Positions 18,517-27,933 of a stretch of 64,000 nt of DNA are shown here, one piece after another. A program made the translations under genes and the position numbers. Source of the stretch: Coriobacteriia bacterium. Lineage in GTDB: Bacteria; Actinomycetota; Coriobacteriia; Anaerosomatales; SLCP01. Each line of letters starts with the position of its first letter. Within the stretch, counting starts at the first letter, position 1. Below the pieces are notes generated by a model. That model worked only from the letters and a program-made list of their open reading frames with translations, searched no databases and was not told the origin of the DNA. Location of the stretch: the NCBI GenBank assembly GCA_007121015.1, contig SKMN01000022.1, forward strand, positions 19,027-83,026. The letters run 5' to 3'.

Positions 18517-19560
18517 CTACCTCCTCACCGATTCCACGAAGTAGATCGCGAACCCTGCACCGGCCGCGATCCCCGTCACGATCCAGAACCGGACCATGAT
18601 CTTCGTCTCGGACCACCCCTTCATCTCGAAGTGGTGGTGGAGCGGTGCCATCCGGAAGATGCGCCTGCCCGTGAGCTTGAAGCCGGTGACCTGGAGAATC
18701 ACGGACAGCGTCTCGGCGACGTAGATGCCCCCGATGAGTACGAGCAAGAGCTCCGTCTTGGTGATGATCGCGATCGTTGCGATCGCTGCTCCGAGGCCCA
18801 GAGAGCCCGTATCCCCCATGAAGATGTCGGCCGGGTAGGAGTTGTACCAAAGGAACCCGATACACGCGCCAGCGATCGCGGCGGCCAGCAGGGCTACTTC
18901 GAGACGGTCCTGCCGAAACGCTATGCCCGCGTAGGAGAGCATGACTATCGTCACCGTGCCTGCGGCGAGTCCGTCGAGACCATCGGTGAGGTTCACGGCG
19001 TTCGAAGTGCCCGTGATTATGATGAACACGAGTCCGACGTAGAGCCAGGGCACGACGATCCCGTACTCGCCGATGGTGAAGATGTGGTTCGGCGAGCCGA
19101 GGTCCACGCTGATATCGGTCAACGGGAGTGTGACGACCGTCGATAGACTACCCCAGTTGACCGCGAGTAGGCCGAAGCTCAGCGCCACGAGCGCCTGACC
19201 GGCGATCTTCGCACGCGGCGTCAGGCCGAGCGATCGTTCCCGGACGACTTTCGCCCAGTCATCGACGAAACCGATCAGCCCGCATGCCGCCGTCGTCGCG
19301 AGCGCCAACAGGCTCAGGCGCCCGAACTCGCCGAGGAACACGTAAACCCCGGCGACCACGAGTAGGATAAGGACGCCTCCCATCGTCGGCGTGCCCTGTT
19401 TAACGAGATGGCCCTGCGGGCCGTCGGCACGTATCTGCTGGCCGATGTTGCGGAACTTCAGGAGCCGGATCCACAGCGGGAACAGCACGCCCGCGACTAC
19501 CAGAGCTATCACCACGCCAAGGAATACCTGATATGACGGGTACTCGGCCAGTCTAAACAC
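18517..19560 (-). CDS. mraY: phospho-N-acetylmuramoyl-pentapeptide transferase
   Basis: Polytopic MraY pattern (KQGTPTMGG, NAVNLTDGLDGLA, MGDTGSLGLG, HHHFE). Confidence 0.95.
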   Translation of the reverse strand: MFRLAEYPSYQVFLGVVIALVVAGVLFPLWIRLLKFRNIGQQIRADGPQGHLVKQGTPTMGGVLILLVVAGVYVFLGEFGRLSLLALATTAACGLIGFVDDWAKVVRERSLGLTPRAKIAGQALVALSFGLLAVNWGSLSTVVTLPLTDISVDLGSPNHIFTIGEYGIVVPWLYVGLVFIIITGTSNAVNLTDGLDGLAAGTVTIVMLSYAGIAFRQDRLEVALLAAAIAGACIGFLWYNSYPADIFMGDTGSLGLGAAIATIAIITKTELLLVLIGGIYVAETLSVILQVTGFKLTGRRIFRMAPLHHHFEMKGWSETKIMVRFWIVTGIAAGAGFAIYFVESVRR

Positions 19561-20965
19561 GCGGCTCCACGATCCCTTCGACCACGTGCTCCAGACCCAT
19601 CACGCGCGACGCCTTCACGAGGACGACGTCACCCGGCTCGAGTAGATCATCGAGTACCCCGCTCGCCTCTTCGACGGTGGCGCACGGGCGGACCGCGGAA
19701 GTATCCATCCCCTCGGCCCGGGCTCCATCGGCGATGCGCTTCGCACGCTCGCCCACGGTGACGAGCACCGAGATGCCCGCACGCGCGACGTGTTCGCCCA
19801 GCTGGAAGTGAGCGAGCTCCGTGAGCGAGCCGAGTTCGGCCATGTCGCCGAGCACGGCTATCGAGCGGCGTGCGGACTCCATCTCGGCAAGGGTATCGAC
19901 GGCTGCGCGCATCGACGTGGGACTGGCGTTGTAAGCATCGTTGATGACGTGCACGCCCACCGCGCTCGTGAACGACTGCATACGCATCTCACCCGCGCTC
20001 GCGGTCGCGAGGCCGCGCGCGATCGCTGCGTTATCGATGCCGAGGTTGGCAGCTACGGCCGCCGTCGCGAGCGCGTTGTAGACGTTGTGGCGCCCCGGGA
20101 CACCAAGGCTGACCCGGACCCGCTCGCCCGGCAGGACGAGTGTGAAGTGTGCGCGACTATCAGCGTCCACCGTGACGTCGTCGGCACGGACCTCACATGT
20201 CTCCGACAGACCGTAGCGGACCACGGGCGCGTGCGCGCGCTCGGCGATGACGTCGGTGTAGGCGTCGTCGCCGTTGAGGAAGACGGTGCCCTGCTCGGGG
20301 ATAGCGTCGACCAGCTCGGCCTTGGCCGAAGCGATGGCCTCCTGGGACCCGAGAAGCTCGATGTGGCTGACGCCGACGTTGGTCACGAGCCCCACAGTAG
20401 GTCGAGCTATCGCTGCGAGCTCGGCGATCTGCCTAGGCCCGCGCATGGCCATCTCGACGACGAGCACATCGGTATCGGCGCCCGCGTCGAGGATAGTGAG
20501 CGGGACGCCGATCTCGTTGTTCCGATTGCCCTTGGTGGCGACCACCTTGTCCCTCGTGCCGAGGACCGACACCAAGAACTCCTTCGTCGTCGTCTTGCCT
20601 GCTGAGCCCGTCACGCCTACCACCGGACAGAAGAGACGCGAGCGGTGAGACTCCGCGAGCCGCTGCAGGGCGCGCGTCGCATCGTCTACCTGGATCACCG
20701 CAGCCCGGCGCGCGCTCGCCGACTCGATGATGCTCGTGAGCTCCTCCGGCGGACGCGTCACGACAAGTGCCCGGGCACCCGCTCCCAGAGCCTCGAGGCA
20801 GAACGCGTGACCATCGACGCGGTCGCCGGTGAAGGCAAAGAACGCAGCACCTGGTTCGACAGCGCGTGAGTCGATCGCGACACCATTGACCATGACGTCA
20901 CCGGCGCCCGTCACGACATGGCCGCCTACCGCCTGCGCAAGCGCCTCCACCGACAGCGTCAGCAC
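19553..20965 (-). CDS. murF: UDP-MurNAc-tripeptide--D-Ala-D-Ala ligase
   Basis: Track ORF 19553..21499 is trimmed to the GTG at 20963-20965, which overlaps the murE stop by 7 nt. The discarded 178-aa N-terminal extension is Arg-rich and out of frame over murE. MurF blocks include GVTGSAGKTTTKE. Confidence 0.9.
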   Translation of the reverse strand: MLTLSVEALAQAVGGHVVTGAGDVMVNGVAIDSRAVEPGAAFFAFTGDRVDGHAFCLEALGAGARALVVTRPPEELTSIIESASARRAAVIQVDDATRALQRLAESHRSRLFCPVVGVTGSAGKTTTKEFLVSVLGTRDKVVATKGNRNNEIGVPLTILDAGADTDVLVVEMAMRGPRQIAELAAIARPTVGLVTNVGVSHIELLGSQEAIASAKAELVDAIPEQGTVFLNGDDAYTDVIAERAHAPVVRYGLSETCEVRADDVTVDADSRAHFTLVLPGERVRVSLGVPGRHNVYNALATAAVAANLGIDNAAIARGLATASAGEMRMQSFTSAVGVHVINDAYNASPTSMRAAVDTLAEMESARRSIAVLGDMAELGSLTELAHFQLGEHVARAGISVLVTVGERAKRIADGARAEGMDTSAVRPCATVEEASGVLDDLLEPGDVVLVKASRVMGLEHVVEGIVEPRV

Positions 20966-22413
20966 CAGCGATCCAGCTCCTCTCGAGCGACCTCGCGGTC
21001 GTCGAAGTGTATGGTGCGATCCGCGAAGATCTGGTAGTCTTCGTGGCCCTTCCCGGCGATGAGAACCGCATCGCCGGGCACGGCCTGTTCGAAGGCGCGC
21101 GCGATCGCCGCCCGGCGGTCGACCTCGATCTCGTAGGCTGCGTCGAACTCCCTGATGCCGTCTTCGATCTGCAAGATGATGCCCACCGGGTCCTCCGAGC
21201 GCGAGTTGTCGCTCGTGAGGATGGACAGGTCCGCGGCCCTGCCCGCGGCCGCTCCCATGAGCGGGCGCTTCTCGGGATCGCGGTCCCCGCCGCACCCAAA
21301 GACCACGATGACCCGGCCGGGGGTCACGTCGTGTACCGCGGAGATAGCCTTCTCGAGACTGTCGGGCGTGTGAGCGTAATCGACGAAGACTGAGAACGAC
21401 TGTCCGCACTCGACCCGTTCGAGTCTTCCGGGCACCTGCGGTGCGCCTGCAAGCCCCTCGGCGATGCGGTCGAGCGGGACATCGAGTGCGAGAGCGCATC
21501 CCACGGCTACGAGCGCGTTGCTCACGTTGTACTCCGCAGCGAGCGGCAGCTCCACCGGGACCGAACCTGCTGGTGTCGCGAGCGTGAACGTGGCCCTATC
21601 GGCATAGAGCACCTCGCCGATCGCGCGTACCTCGGCGTCGTCCGCCCGTCCAACGGTCAGCACGCCCGGGAGATCGAGTGCCATCCCGGCACCGTACGCG
21701 TCATCGACGTTGATGACGCGTACCCTGACATCGAGATCGGTGAACAGGCGGCGTTTCACGGCGAAATACTCCTCGACCGTGTGATGGTAGTCGAGATGGT
21801 CCTGTGTGAGGTTCGTGAAGGCTGCGACAGCGAAGTGCAGGGCGTTCACGCGTCGCAGGTCGATGGCGTGCGACGAGACCTCCATCGAGGCGATGTCGAG
21901 ACCGGCATCCCGCATGCGCGCGAGGACCTCCTGAAGGTCTGCGGACTCCGGCGTGGTGCGTCCGGCGGACAGACGCTCATCGCCGATGCGTGTCTCGACG
22001 GTGCCGATGAGTCCGGTGCGACTTCCCGCCGCACGCGCGATGCTGTCGAGAAGGTACGTCGTGGTCGTCTTGCCGTTGGTGCCGGTGATCCCCGCAACCC
22101 TCACATCGCGACTCGGATGTCCGTAGAACACCGCGGCCGCCTCGGCGAGTGCGGCCCGCGTGTCGGTGACCACCACCTGCGGAACGTCCGCGAGGCCCTG
22201 TAGGCGACGCTGCACCACGAGCGCCCGAGCGCCGCGCTCCACGGCCTCTGATGCGAAATCGTGACCGTCAGCGGCGAATCCGGGAATGCAGAAGAACGCA
22301 TCACCAGGGCGGACGCGGCCGGACCGGTATGCGATGCCTGTTATGGTGGTGTTCGGGGCGACGGACGCGCCTTCCACACCTGCGAAAAGATCGTTGATGT
22401 CGTGTGTCGTCAC
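20959..22413 (-). CDS. murE: UDP-MurNAc-L-Ala-D-Glu--2,6-diaminopimelate (or Lys) ligase
   Basis: GITGTNGKTTT, with Mur ligase middle and C-terminal domains (TSDNSRSEDP). Confidence 0.93.
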   Translation of the reverse strand: MTTHDINDLFAGVEGASVAPNTTITGIAYRSGRVRPGDAFFCIPGFAADGHDFASEAVERGARALVVQRRLQGLADVPQVVVTDTRAALAEAAAVFYGHPSRDVRVAGITGTNGKTTTTYLLDSIARAAGSRTGLIGTVETRIGDERLSAGRTTPESADLQEVLARMRDAGLDIASMEVSSHAIDLRRVNALHFAVAAFTNLTQDHLDYHHTVEEYFAVKRRLFTDLDVRVRVINVDDAYGAGMALDLPGVLTVGRADDAEVRAIGEVLYADRATFTLATPAGSVPVELPLAAEYNVSNALVAVGCALALDVPLDRIAEGLAGAPQVPGRLERVECGQSFSVFVDYAHTPDSLEKAISAVHDVTPGRVIVVFGCGGDRDPEKRPLMGAAAGRAADLSILTSDNSRSEDPVGIILQIEDGIREFDAAYEIEVDRRAAIARAFEQAVPGDAVLIAGKGHEDYQIFADRTIHFDDREVAREELDRWC

Positions 22414-22463
22414 TACTGCCCTGCCATGGTCGGACGGTCGATTCTATCACGCTCGCCTAAGCC

Positions 22464-24236
22464 TCATTCGTCTTCCGGTCCGGGTGTCACCGTTTCGATG
22501 ACCGAGGTGTCCCGTCTACTCGACGGAGGAATCTTCAGATGCGCTACGGCGAACGCCGCGACCTCGCGGAAGACCGGCGCGGCGACAACGCCGCCGTAGA
22601 TCGCGCCCCGCGGTTCGTCGACCGTGACCACAATGAGGATCTGCGGGTCGTCCGCGGGAAGGAACCCGGAGAACGACGAGATGTACGCGCCCTGCGCGTA
22701 ACCGCGACCGTCCGTCCGCGCCTTCTGCGCCGTACCCGTCTTGCCGGCCACATCGTAGCCGGGAACGACAGCCGTCCCACCAGTGCCATCGGTGACCGAT
22801 GCCACCATGATGTCGCGTGTCTCCGCGGCCGCCTCTTCGGATATCGCCCGCTGCGTGGGCCACACGAACTCGACGTCCTCACGGTCGGGCACCCCTAAGA
22901 TGAAGTGGGGTGACGGAAGGAACCCTCCGTTGGCTATCGCTGAGAGAGCGCGCGCGAGTTGCAGCGGGGTCATCGACAGACCCTGCCCGAATGGGATGTT
23001 GCCGATGGACGAACCCGACCACTGGTCGACCGGAGGGAGGTAGCCGAGGGCCTCGCCGGGAAAGTCAACGCCGGTCCGTTCGGTGAGACCGAAACGTGCG
23101 AAGTAGTCGTAGAGCAGTTCCGGGCCCAACGCCTGGCCGAGCATGACCGACCCGACGTTCGACGAGTTCATCACTATCTCGCCGAGCGTCCACTCGACCG
23201 TAGGCCGCGGGTGCGCCTCCTTGATCGTGCGCCCGCCGACCGAGATCGTCGGCGGCAACGTGAAGACATCGTCCGGGCCGTGCAGACCAGCATCGATGAC
23301 GGCGGCCGCGGTGAGGGACTTCACGGTCGATCCGGGTTCGTAGACGTCAGTGATCCCACGGTTGCGGCGCGATCCCTCGTCGGAGTCCGCGAAGTCGTTG
23401 GGGTTGAACCCGGGTACCGAGGCGATCGCGAGGATCTCTCCGTTCCGTGGGTCCATCACGACGATCGACGCGGCTTTCGCCTGCCACGTATCAACTGCCT
23501 CCTGCAGGCGGAGCTGGGCGACGTACTGGATGTCTTTGTCGATCGTGAGCACGATGTCGTCACCGTGCACCGGCTCCTCCGCGTGGACGACGCCACCCGG
23601 CAACACCCTGCCGAACGGGTCACGCTCGGCAAGCACGTGGCCCGCCTCACCTGCGAGCAGGTGATCGTAGTGCTTCTCGATGCCGGCGAGCCCCTCGTCG
23701 TCGATGCCCACGAAGCCGAGGAGTTGCGACGCAAGTTCACCGCACGGGTACGACCGCCGCGAGTCTTTGAGCATGCCGATGCCGGCGAGTCCGAGGGATT
23801 CGAGCGCGGCCGCTCGCTCCATGTCCACTTTGCGGCCGATGTAGACGAAGCCGGAATCTCGCTGCAGCCTCTCGCGATACCCTTCGACCTCGCCTCCGAG
23901 CACGCTCGACAGCGCCTCGGCGGTCGCCGTCGCGTCGGCCACGAGTCGCGGGGTCGCATATACGGTGCGGGCCTCGATGGAGACCGCGAGGGGATCTCCG
24001 CTCCGGTCGAGGATCGACCCGCGCTTCGGCGCGAGCTCGAGCTCCCGGGTACGCTGGTTCTCGGCCTTCTCGGCGAACGCAGGAGCCATGTGCACCTGCA
24101 GATAGCCGACGCGCACGATGATGATGACGAGCAAGAACAGGAGTCCGCCGAGGACGAACCGGTGACGCTCGGAGCCGCGCTTCCGGTGCGTCCGCTTCCC
24201 CACAGGCACACCTCCACGTCGCGTGGTGCGTCTCAT
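22464..24236 (-). CDS. ftsI: division-specific class B penicillin-binding protein (FtsI/PBP3-like)
   Basis: N-terminal TM segment, dimerisation domain, and transpeptidase motifs STVK, SSN and KTGT. Confidence 0.9.
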   Translation of the reverse strand: MRRTTRRGGVPVGKRTHRKRGSERHRFVLGGLLFLLVIIIVRVGYLQVHMAPAFAEKAENQRTRELELAPKRGSILDRSGDPLAVSIEARTVYATPRLVADATATAEALSSVLGGEVEGYRERLQRDSGFVYIGRKVDMERAAALESLGLAGIGMLKDSRRSYPCGELASQLLGFVGIDDEGLAGIEKHYDHLLAGEAGHVLAERDPFGRVLPGGVVHAEEPVHGDDIVLTIDKDIQYVAQLRLQEAVDTWQAKAASIVVMDPRNGEILAIASVPGFNPNDFADSDEGSRRNRGITDVYEPGSTVKSLTAAAVIDAGLHGPDDVFTLPPTISVGGRTIKEAHPRPTVEWTLGEIVMNSSNVGSVMLGQALGPELLYDYFARFGLTERTGVDFPGEALGYLPPVDQWSGSSIGNIPFGQGLSMTPLQLARALSAIANGGFLPSPHFILGVPDREDVEFVWPTQRAISEEAAAETRDIMVASVTDGTGGTAVVPGYDVAGKTGTAQKARTDGRGYAQGAYISSFSGFLPADDPQILIVVTVDEPRGAIYGGVVAAPVFREVAAFAVAHLKIPPSSRRDTSVIETVTPGPEDE

Positions 24237-24781
24237 CGGGACGAGGTGAGTCCCGCATCACCGACGAGCAGTACCTGCGCCTCGCCCGCGGTCATCCGCA
24301 TGATACCGGCCAAGACGCCGGCGACCGCTTCGGCACGATCCGAACGGTCTGCCTGCTCGACCTCGGTGCCATCGTCGCCTACAGCCGCCGCCGTGTCCAC
24401 CAGCTCGAGGTAGTCGACCTGGCTTGCGGCACCCATCTTCATCGAACTCTCGGCGAGACCTTGGATCCGCGGAGGCGCGACGAGGGCGCTTCGGTCCGCC
24501 TCGAGCTGCTCGATCGCGATGCGCTCGGCTTCGATGTCCGCCGTGAGCGAGCACGCGGCGACCGCGGCCTCGGTGGCCTTGACGGTCAATGCCACGCGAC
24601 CCATACCGATCGCTGTCAGACACAGCAGGAACACGCTGGCGCCCACGAACAGGCGTCGGCACTTCTCAGCAGAGCGAGCGGTGGGCCGCCGAGGGGTGGA
24701 GCGGCCCTTCCCGCCACGGAGGACTCTGAGGGTGGCACCGACCTCGCGGTCTCCCCGGCTCACCCGCGCAGTCAACGCCAT
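24233..24781 (-). CDS. FtsL-like bitopic division protein
   Basis: It occupies the position between rsmH and ftsI. Features are a basic N-terminus, a single TM segment (LFVGASVFLLCLTAIG) and a coiled-coil segment (IEAERIAIEQLEADRSAL). The ATG at 24779-24781 has a GAGGAG SD 9 nt upstream. There is little sequence-level family signal. Confidence 0.6.
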   Translation of the reverse strand: MALTARVSRGDREVGATLRVLRGGKGRSTPRRPTARSAEKCRRLFVGASVFLLCLTAIGMGRVALTVKATEAAVAACSLTADIEAERIAIEQLEADRSALVAPPRIQGLAESSMKMGAASQVDYLELVDTAAAVGDDGTEVEQADRSDRAEAVAGVLAGIMRMTAGEAQVLLVGDAGLTSSR

Positions 24782-24828
24782 CCCTCTCACCTCCTCGTTC
24801 CGTACCAGTCGGTCACGTGCCCTTCCCC

Positions 24829-25773
24829 CTACACGCGTTCCGCGGCCCGCAGCTTCGCGCTGCGGGAACGCGGGTTGCGCTCGATCTCCTCTGTCGTCGG
24901 AACGACAGGTCTTTTCGTGACGATCCGGACTACCGGTTCACGTCCGCAGGTGCACATCGGCAGACCTGGCGGACACTCACACCCCGATGCGAGCTCAGCG
25001 AACACTTTCTTGACCAGTCGGTCCTCCAGCGAGTGGTAGCTGATGACGACGACGCGTCCTCCCGTGGTCAACCACCTCACCGCCTGCCGCAACCCGCGCT
25101 CGAGCACCTCGAGCTCGCCGTTGACCTCGATCCGCAGCGCCTGGAAGGTCCTGCGCGCCGGGTGCGGCCCGCTCCTCCTGGCCGAGGCCGGTATCGCGTC
25201 TTTGATGACCGAGACGAGGTCACTCGTGGTCTGGAGCGGTCGGCGGCCCCGCGCGGCTACGATGAATGCTGCGATGCGCGAGGCCCACCGTTCCTCACCG
25301 TACTCGCCGATGATGCGCGCGAGCTCGGACTCGGAATATGTGTTCACCACGTCAGCCGCGCTCATGGCGCCGCCTGCAGGGTCCATCCTCATGTCGAGCG
25401 GAGCATCGTCGTGATACGAGAAGCCCCGCTCTGCCTGATCGAGTTGCGGTGAGGAGACCCCCAGGTCGAAGAGGAACCCGTCGGCATATGCGATGCCCGC
25501 CTCGGCGAGCACGGCGTCGAGATCGCCGAAGTTCCCCTTCTTGAGGATGATCGTGGTGATTTGCCGGCCGAGGCGGAGTGTGGCTGCTGCTGCGTCTAAT
25601 GCTGCGTCGTCTTGGTCGATTCCCACCAGCGTACCGGTGGGTGCGATCGAATCTGCTATCCGCTTCGCGTGTCCTGCCCCGCCTAAGGTACAGTCGACGA
25701 TAGTCGAACCGGGGTGCAACGATAGGTACTTCGTGACCTCGGCCGGCAAAACTGGGGTGTGCCGATATTCCAT
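24829..25773 (-). CDS. rsmH: 16S rRNA (cytosine1402-N4)-methyltransferase
   Basis: Track ORF trimmed to the ATG at 25771-25773 (MEYRHTPVLPAEV...DCTLGGAGH...). The MraW pattern SYHSLEDRLVK is present. Confidence 0.93.
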   Translation of the reverse strand: MEYRHTPVLPAEVTKYLSLHPGSTIVDCTLGGAGHAKRIADSIAPTGTLVGIDQDDAALDAAAATLRLGRQITTIILKKGNFGDLDAVLAEAGIAYADGFLFDLGVSSPQLDQAERGFSYHDDAPLDMRMDPAGGAMSAADVVNTYSESELARIIGEYGEERWASRIAAFIVAARGRRPLQTTSDLVSVIKDAIPASARRSGPHPARRTFQALRIEVNGELEVLERGLRQAVRWLTTGGRVVVISYHSLEDRLVKKVFAELASGCECPPGLPMCTCGREPVVRIVTKRPVVPTTEEIERNPRSRSAKLRAAERV

Positions 25774-25783
25774 TCTCAAAGCC

Positions 25784-26218
25784 TTACAGCAAGCCGAGCG
25801 AAGAGAGCTCCTCGGCGTCGTGCTCGATGTTGTCGGCGGTCTCGCCGTTGTACTCGGCCCACTTCTCGGTGTCCCAGATCTCGATGCGATCGCCGTTACC
25901 GGTGATCGAGACCTCTTTGCCAAGTCCCGCGTGATCGATGAGGACCGGCGGCAACTTGACGCGACCTGCCGAGTCGAGTTCGGTCTCGGCGGCGCCCGAG
26001 GTGAAGAAGCGGCGGACCTTGCGGTACTGCGGATTGAAGTCGTCGCGGCTCATGAGACGATCGATGAACTCGCGGTACTTGTCCGCCGGGTACACGTAGA
26101 GACATCCCTCGAACCCCTTGGCGACGACGAGCTTGCCCGTCATCTCCCCTCGGAACTTGGCGGGCAGCGAGACACGACCTTTGGCGTCCAGCGTGTGCTG
26201 ATAATCGCCGAGGAACAT
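25784..26218 (-). CDS. mraZ: transcriptional regulator MraZ
   Basis: MFLGDYQHTLDAKGRVSLPAKFR and a second DxxGR repeat (ELDSAGRVKLP). It is the first gene of the dcw cluster. Confidence 0.95.
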   Translation of the reverse strand: MFLGDYQHTLDAKGRVSLPAKFRGEMTGKLVVAKGFEGCLYVYPADKYREFIDRLMSRDDFNPQYRKVRRFFTSGAAETELDSAGRVKLPPVLIDHAGLGKEVSITGNGDRIEIWDTEKWAEYNGETADNIEHDAEELSSLGLL

Positions 26219-26295
26219 CGGTCGCGTACCCTCCCCCGCCTCGTCACGGTCTCCTCGCGGGAACCCTCAGCCCCCACGTCTGGTCTCTTGCATGT

Positions 26296-26320
26296 CACAC
26301 TCTATGACACTTCATCCCAC
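26296..26320 (-). promoter_or_regulatory. candidate MraZ operator (three direct pentamer repeats, 10-nt period)
   Basis: The minus strand reads GTGGG-atgaa-GTGTC-ataga-GTGTG (pentamers at 26316-20, 26306-10 and 26296-300). This matches the GTGGG-N5 repeat architecture described for MraZ operators. Confidence 0.55.
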
Positions 26321-26327
26321 AATTCAA
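26299..26327 (-). promoter_or_regulatory. candidate dcw promoter (Pmra)
   Basis: On the minus strand, TTGAAT (26322-27), a 17-nt spacer, then TAGAGT (26299-304). It lies in an AT-richer patch about 80 nt upstream of the mraZ ATG. The -10 fits the streptomycete-type TAGRRT consensus. Confidence 0.45.
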
Positions 26328-26583
26328 TACCTTTGTGGGATTTTAACCCACTACATCCCTAATTGAGGGCGAGACGGCCTACGCGGCCCCCCAGCCGATG
26401 GTCTCCGTGACGTCATCGGGCCCGTTGCACCGCAGGCGGACACCCTGCAATACGCATGCTCGCGAACCACACGGAACGGCGGCACGTCTTACCTACGTAT
26501 GACGGGTGAGCGACCCGGTTGACAGCGGAACAGAGACCAGCATCCGGGCGGTCCGCGGTCTGGAGCGCCGAGATCGATGGCTG

Positions 26584-26612
26584 TTGCCTGCGCTCCTGCG
26601 TGCGGGTAGAAT
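26584..26612 (+). promoter_or_regulatory. candidate promoter for the plus-strand small-ORF/DUF4349 unit
   Basis: TTGCCT (26584-89), a 17-nt spacer, then TAGAAT (26607-12), about 45 nt before the small ORF. Confidence 0.35.
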
Positions 26613-26657
26613 CGGCCTGTAAACCCCAGTGGGTGATACGGAGGTGACCACTCCCCG

Positions 26658-26792
26658 ATGACCGCAAATATCGCTGCATCGATCTTCAACGTGCTGGTGC
26701 TTGCATTCTTCGCCGTCGTCGCGATCGGCGTCGCACTCGGTGCGTACGCTGCGACCCAGATGAAGAAGCTTGAGGAGAAGATCCAGGAGTAG
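26658..26792 (+). CDS. 44-aa single-TM small protein (below the ORF-track length cutoff)
   Basis: ATG at 26658, TAG at 26790-92. Translation: MTANIAASIFNVLVLAFFAVVAIGVALGAYAATQMKKLEEKIQE. A GGAGGTG SD lies 11 nt upstream. Third codon positions are mostly G/C, as in neighbouring genes. Confidence 0.45.
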   Translation: MTANIAASIFNVLVLAFFAVVAIGVALGAYAATQMKKLEEKIQE

Positions 26793-26900
26793 CTCCTCGA
26801 CTATCATCCGCGATCCATCCGAACGCCCTCCCGCGCACAGTAGGTGTCGAGGGCGTTCGTGCTTCATCGAGCCGGCGTCCGTGACGATGGGAGGCACGAG

Positions 26901-27926
26901 ATGCCCGAGTCAGTAGGTTCAAGACGCACCCACGCGACCGGAGGAGCGCTCTTCTTGCTGCTCCTCGCCGGTGTGATAGCGGTCGCTCTCGCGGCTTGCA
27001 CGACGTTCCCCGGTACCGAGACCACCGACGAAGCGATGCCCGACGTCGCTCCCATGGAGCCGATGTACGAAGAGGACGCCATGATGGCCGAGCGTGGCAT
27101 GACGGAAGACATCGGCATCCCGGTACCCCCGCCCGACGGTGCAGGCCCGGACGCAGCCACTATCCCGCCCGACGAACGTTACGTCATCAGGACCCTCGGG
27201 ATCCGCCTTCAGGTCGAGGAGGTGGAGCCTGCGGTCGAGCAGGTCCGCGACGCGGTCGACGCCGCCAACGGCATGGTCATCGCGGTGCAGGTCTCGTCCG
27301 ACGACGCCCCCATCTATCGCTACGAGGCCGGTGACGCCTTCTCCGACGGCACCCCGCTCAAGGGCTACGTCACCGCTCGCATCCCGCCGGAGGAGCTCGA
27401 CGGCTTCGTCGAGGCCGTCGCGGATCTCGGCACCGTGGTCAGACAGGCGGAGGACGAGAGCGACGTCACCCAGGAGCACCTCGACATCTCCGCGCGACTC
27501 GACAACCTCCGCGCCCAGGAGGAGCGGCTCCGCCAGCTCTTCGACCGGGCCGAGGAGGTGGAGGACATGCTCGCCATCGAGCGCGAACTCGCACGGGTCA
27601 GGGGTGACATCGAGTCCTTCGAGGCGCGACTCGCCTTCATCGAGCGCCAAGCGGCGATGGCGACGGTGACCGTGGAACTCGTCGGACGGCAGGCGGTAGT
27701 AGCGCCACCCGGCGATGACTGGGGCTTCGTGTCGGCGATCCGGACCGGCATCCGGGGGTTCGTGCACACGATCAACGCCATCATCGTATTCTCGCTGAGC
27801 GCGGTGCCGATCATCGTTGTCGCTCTCATCGCATGGCTCGTGGTCCGGACGATCGTCCGAGCGCGGCAGAGGCAGCGCGATCGACGCGGCGGCCACACGC
27901 CTGCAGATGAGAGCGGGGGCGAGTGA
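26901..27926 (+). CDS. DUF4349-like lipoprotein with a C-terminal TM anchor
   Basis: The ATG at 26901 has a GGGAGG SD. The signal peptide ends in the lipobox LAAC. The central region is coiled-coil (ISARLDNLRAQEERLRQLFDRAEEVEDMLAIERELARVRGDIESFEARLAFIERQ), followed by C-terminal TM helices. The family call is by eye. Confidence 0.75.
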   Translation: MPESVGSRRTHATGGALFLLLLAGVIAVALAACTTFPGTETTDEAMPDVAPMEPMYEEDAMMAERGMTEDIGIPVPPPDGAGPDAATIPPDERYVIRTLGIRLQVEEVEPAVEQVRDAVDAANGMVIAVQVSSDDAPIYRYEAGDAFSDGTPLKGYVTARIPPEELDGFVEAVADLGTVVRQAEDESDVTQEHLDISARLDNLRAQEERLRQLFDRAEEVEDMLAIERELARVRGDIESFEARLAFIERQAAMATVTVELVGRQAVVAPPGDDWGFVSAIRTGIRGFVHTINAIIVFSLSAVPIIVVALIAWLVVRTIVRARQRQRDRRGGHTPADESGGE

Positions 27927-27933
27927 TGCCCGT

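Noticed and set aside
19553-21499. 648-aa reading of the murF ORF. Similar long N-terminal extensions occur at 5860..7116, 35051..36943, 53067..54917, 24829..25923 and 46982..48256.
   Set aside because: The extensions are Arg/Pro/Gly-rich and overlap the preceding gene out of frame. They also precede an internal start that restores the canonical family N-terminus and forms a coupling-type junction. I trimmed them rather than call fusion proteins.
26413-26922. Minus-strand ORFs of 66-134 aa in the mraZ upstream region
   Set aside because: They are Arg-rich with no SD. They overlap the better-supported plus-strand 44-aa ORF and the start of the DUF4349 gene. Most of them lie upstream of the predicted dcw promoter.
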